Below the pieces are notes generated by a model. It was not told the DNA's origin and ran no database searches. It worked only from the letters and a program-made list of their open reading frames with translations. A DNA stretch of 64,000 bases, taken from positions 11,904,001 through 11,968,000 of the forward strand of contig CM060733.1 of the NCBI GenBank assembly GCA_030704615.1. The letters are read 5' to 3'. Position numbers and translations under genes: made by a program. How positions within the stretch are numbered: the stretch's first letter is position 1; each line of letters begins with the position of its first letter. The stretch comes from Takakia lepidozioides. Its lineage: Eukaryota; Plantae; Bryophyta. This document shows, piece by piece, positions 62,201-64,000 of the stretch.

Positions 62201-63652
62201 CCTGGAACCGCAAGTCTTGACCCTGCTGGATAAATCTGACTTAGAGGCTGTAGTGTCCAAAGCCATGTCTGTTGCCATGAGATTGTCTGATGAAATTGAA
62301 GTTAGGCAGAAAACTTCCCTGAACTTGTTTCCAGTCTGTGACATGGGGGAGGACATCTTGGATGACCTCAAGGGTCTACCCACTCTAGGCACTAGACTGA
62401 AATTTAAACTCAGGGCAGGAAGCTTACCTTTGAACAGCAAACAGAAGCAGAGAGGAAAGGGAGACTGCGATTGTCCGTTGTGTGGGCAACCTGAAGACAG
62501 TATTCATTTTCTGATACACTGTCCAGGGTTCTCTCACCAAAGAGACGCTCTCTTCAAATCTATCAAGGGAATTGTGCCTGTACCCCTGTTTACTAACTTT
62601 GAAAGTGTCGAGGCTGAGCCAAAAGCCCAGGCCCTTCTGAGTTTTTGGGCAAATGACACACATCAGATTGATGCTTGTGTGAAGGGATTTCTAGAGGATA
62701 TCTGGAAAACCCGGATTAATTCCATATATGAAGGTAAGTCTTACTACCAACGTCGGCCCCTGACCGAGGTAGGTTCTGTCCCTTTTGTTTCCGCTCAAAC
62801 TGGGCGCGGGGTCAATGGCCACAAGGCTACGGCAAACAACATCTTATGAGTACATTTTTATCTTTCCACGGACGTTATAAAGTACCATTTCATTTCATTT
62901 CATTTCTCTTTGACATGGCCGTCAGACCATTCTCCACACTTGTCCCTTAAACTATGTCATGCTCCTTAAGCTCTTTGAGCTTTCTGCAGACACTATAAAG
63001 TACCATTTCATTCGATTTCTCTCGCCCCTCTCTCTTTTCATCCACATCTTGGGACACCACAGTAGCTGTGCCAGAATCAACGTCATACCGTTTACACGAT
63101 TTTCTCTCGAGTCATCTTAAGCAGATATAGCCCAGTATCAACATGCATTCATCACCTAAGTTCAAGGTTGCGGCCAGGGCAGTACTACCTGGAGGCTTCC
63201 TAGAATTCAGAGAAACACCATTACAAAGAGGGGAGAGGGGCTAGGGGACAGGATTAGGGCTGAATCACCACTGCGCTGGCTCCATGAGTAAGATTCACCT
63301 ATGCAAGTAGTGCAGGCCTTGTAAAGAAGGCAGTAGCCTGATAATATGACCTCTTGCCAGTGAAAGTTTTGTGTTGGCTCTCTGTCGCCCACTCATTTAT
63401 TGTGACCTGTTGACTCTTGTGTGTCTTGCTTGTTGTGCACCTTTCCTTTAGTTCAGTGGCAAATGCTGCAAGCTAAGACTCAAACTGTATGGATATCTTA
63501 GAAACGTTGAGGATTTCCTTAAGCGCTTGTTTTGTAACAATTCAAAATTGTTGTGTTAGGCGGCTCAAGAGACTTTAGAAGCTCTGGCGAAAGGCAACAA
63601 GAAGGCAAAGGCTCTAATTTTGAAGGGGGAGAACTACCCATGGGCACAGTGA
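50234..63652 (+). CDS. Plant U-box/ARM E3 ubiquitin ligase (helical N-terminal UND domain, U-box/RING-like domain, long ARM array), ~1387 aa. Exons approx. 50234-50460, 50766-50886, 51743-51871, 52178-52309, 53526-53914, 55202-55520, 55931-56122, 56633-56828, 57228-57883, 58131-58598, 59178-59717, 60096-60291, 60878-61137, 61496-61741, 63560-63652
   Basis: All junctions are GT-AG with compatible phases, and the exons sum to 4164 nt. The N-terminus RKNIRILADQVQRMGPLLEEI...CSKLRLIF resembles the PUB13-type UND. The ligase domain is CAICLNVLEDAVMTSSGHSYCRQCIESWFAAGNKTCPQS. ARM motifs include AGAVLPLTKLL, TGGVAILVKMV, AGGLQAMLHIL, LGGIAPLIKLV and AGCIPALLSL. A possible 5' UTR exon ends at ~49073. 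Confidence 0.88.
51100..51340 (+). mobile_element. LINE family B fragment in intron 2, with a short inverted piece
   Basis: 51135-51335 matches 62440-62640 (CPLCGQPED.IHFLIHCPGFSHQR). 51105-51132 is the reverse complement of the following segment (QIDACVKGF, 62663-62690). Confidence 0.75.
53010..53108 (+). mobile_element. LINE family A 3' end (intronic)
   Basis: cataagctctttgagctttccgcggacggtataaagtaccattttatttc. Confidence 0.75.
53148..53405. repeat. Diverged tandem duplication, ~125 bp x2, intronic
   Basis: cattttggcttgctcttgagca...cagctgg(g)aagcg...actaat(a/g)agggcttctgc..gtga.tggaaaa occurs twice. Confidence 0.7.
53935..54695 (+). mobile_element. Head-to-tail stack of four 5'-truncated LINE family A ends
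   Basis: Four ...taaag(t/c)a(c/t)catttcatttc tails at ~53950-53968, 54128-54151, 54295-54313 and 54666-54694. Each of the first three is followed directly by another fragment homologous to 5355-5725. Confidence 0.85.
58655..59072. repeat. Diverged tandem duplication, ~210 bp x2, intronic
   Basis: tgagg(c/a)tgtactcttcccaga(t/c)ataaccct...agtatggaactgacag...aatggagggtttgatttaag...tgccatcacattaggaag...ttctggaatacctt is repeated at ~58670-58866 and ~58885-59072. Confidence 0.8.
61875..62849 (+). mobile_element. 5'-truncated LINE family B, open 324-aa ORF2 C-terminus, in the last intron of the U-box gene
   Basis: CSKTANVAAWGEFGIPSL..RR...WWGQL...RYPK...GTRLKFKLRAGSLPL...CPLCGQPEDSIHFLIHCP, a non-LTR post-RT region with a CCHC knuckle. 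It lies between the donor at 61742 and the acceptor at 63559. Confidence 0.82.
62862..63015 (+). mobile_element. Two short LINE family A 3' ends
   Basis: ctttccacggacgttataaagtaccatttcatttcatttcatttc (62862-62906) and taagctctttgagctttctgcagacactataaagtaccatttcattc (62967-63013). Confidence 0.75.
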
Positions 63653-64000
63653 TGTCAGGCAATTTCTGATTCACATTGGCAACTCCGTTCTCATTTCTTC
63701 ATCTCAATTTTCACACATCAGGAATTGTCAGCATCAGCATGAAGTTCCAATGTAATGTAGAAGTAGATGTACATTACACTGTTTATAACCATTGTGATCT
63801 TTCACACTACCCAACCCAACATACAGGTATAATAGGATTCACAGCCCCTTGTTTGCAACTGAATTAGAGATCCATCAGGGGCCTTCACCTCAATATGCAC
63901 ATAGAAAGTATATAGAACCCTCACCGCTTCACTCTACGAGAAAAAACAAGTTCAATCTGAGTCCTTAGCTTTCTTCTTTCAGCCGAGCATGAATCTGCAT

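Noticed and set aside
61875-62849. 324-aa ORF as an exon of the U-box gene
   Set aside because: It is LINE ORF2 sequence. The gene splices in frame from 61741 to a final ARM-like exon at 63560-63652.

Overview
Eukaryotic nuclear DNA from a land plant. A non-seed plant is my inference from the transposon types present, not something the sequence proves. Three host genes lie on the + strand: the last five exons of TIC236 (1-3576), a PLS-class PPR-DYW RNA-editing factor (29973-32555), and a 15-exon, ~1387-aa U-box/ARM E3 ligase (50234-63652). Most of the rest is transposon. There is a complete young Ty1/copia element (9622-14397) and a rearranged Tekay-like Ty3/gypsy chromovirus. Two copies of a Tcn1/Tf1-like chromovirus sit at 19538-25627 (-) and 39149-45531 (+). 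Two non-autonomous piggyBac-like elements with TTAA target sites lie at 36301-37557 and 47315-48537, and many 5'-truncated LINE ends carry (CATTT)n tails. Best candidates for new biology: (1) the Tcn1-like family has an extra 133-codon ORF with its own TATA box between pol and the 3' LTR, visible only by combining the two copies, plus an 11-nt tRNA-independent self-priming site and a -1 frameshift signal; (2) piggyBac-type elements in a land plant, with the empty site preserved next to one copy; (3) a U-box that keeps one full RING zinc site; (4) a multi-breakpoint inversion that splits an LTR. All alignments and coordinates were worked out by eye, and no database searches were run.
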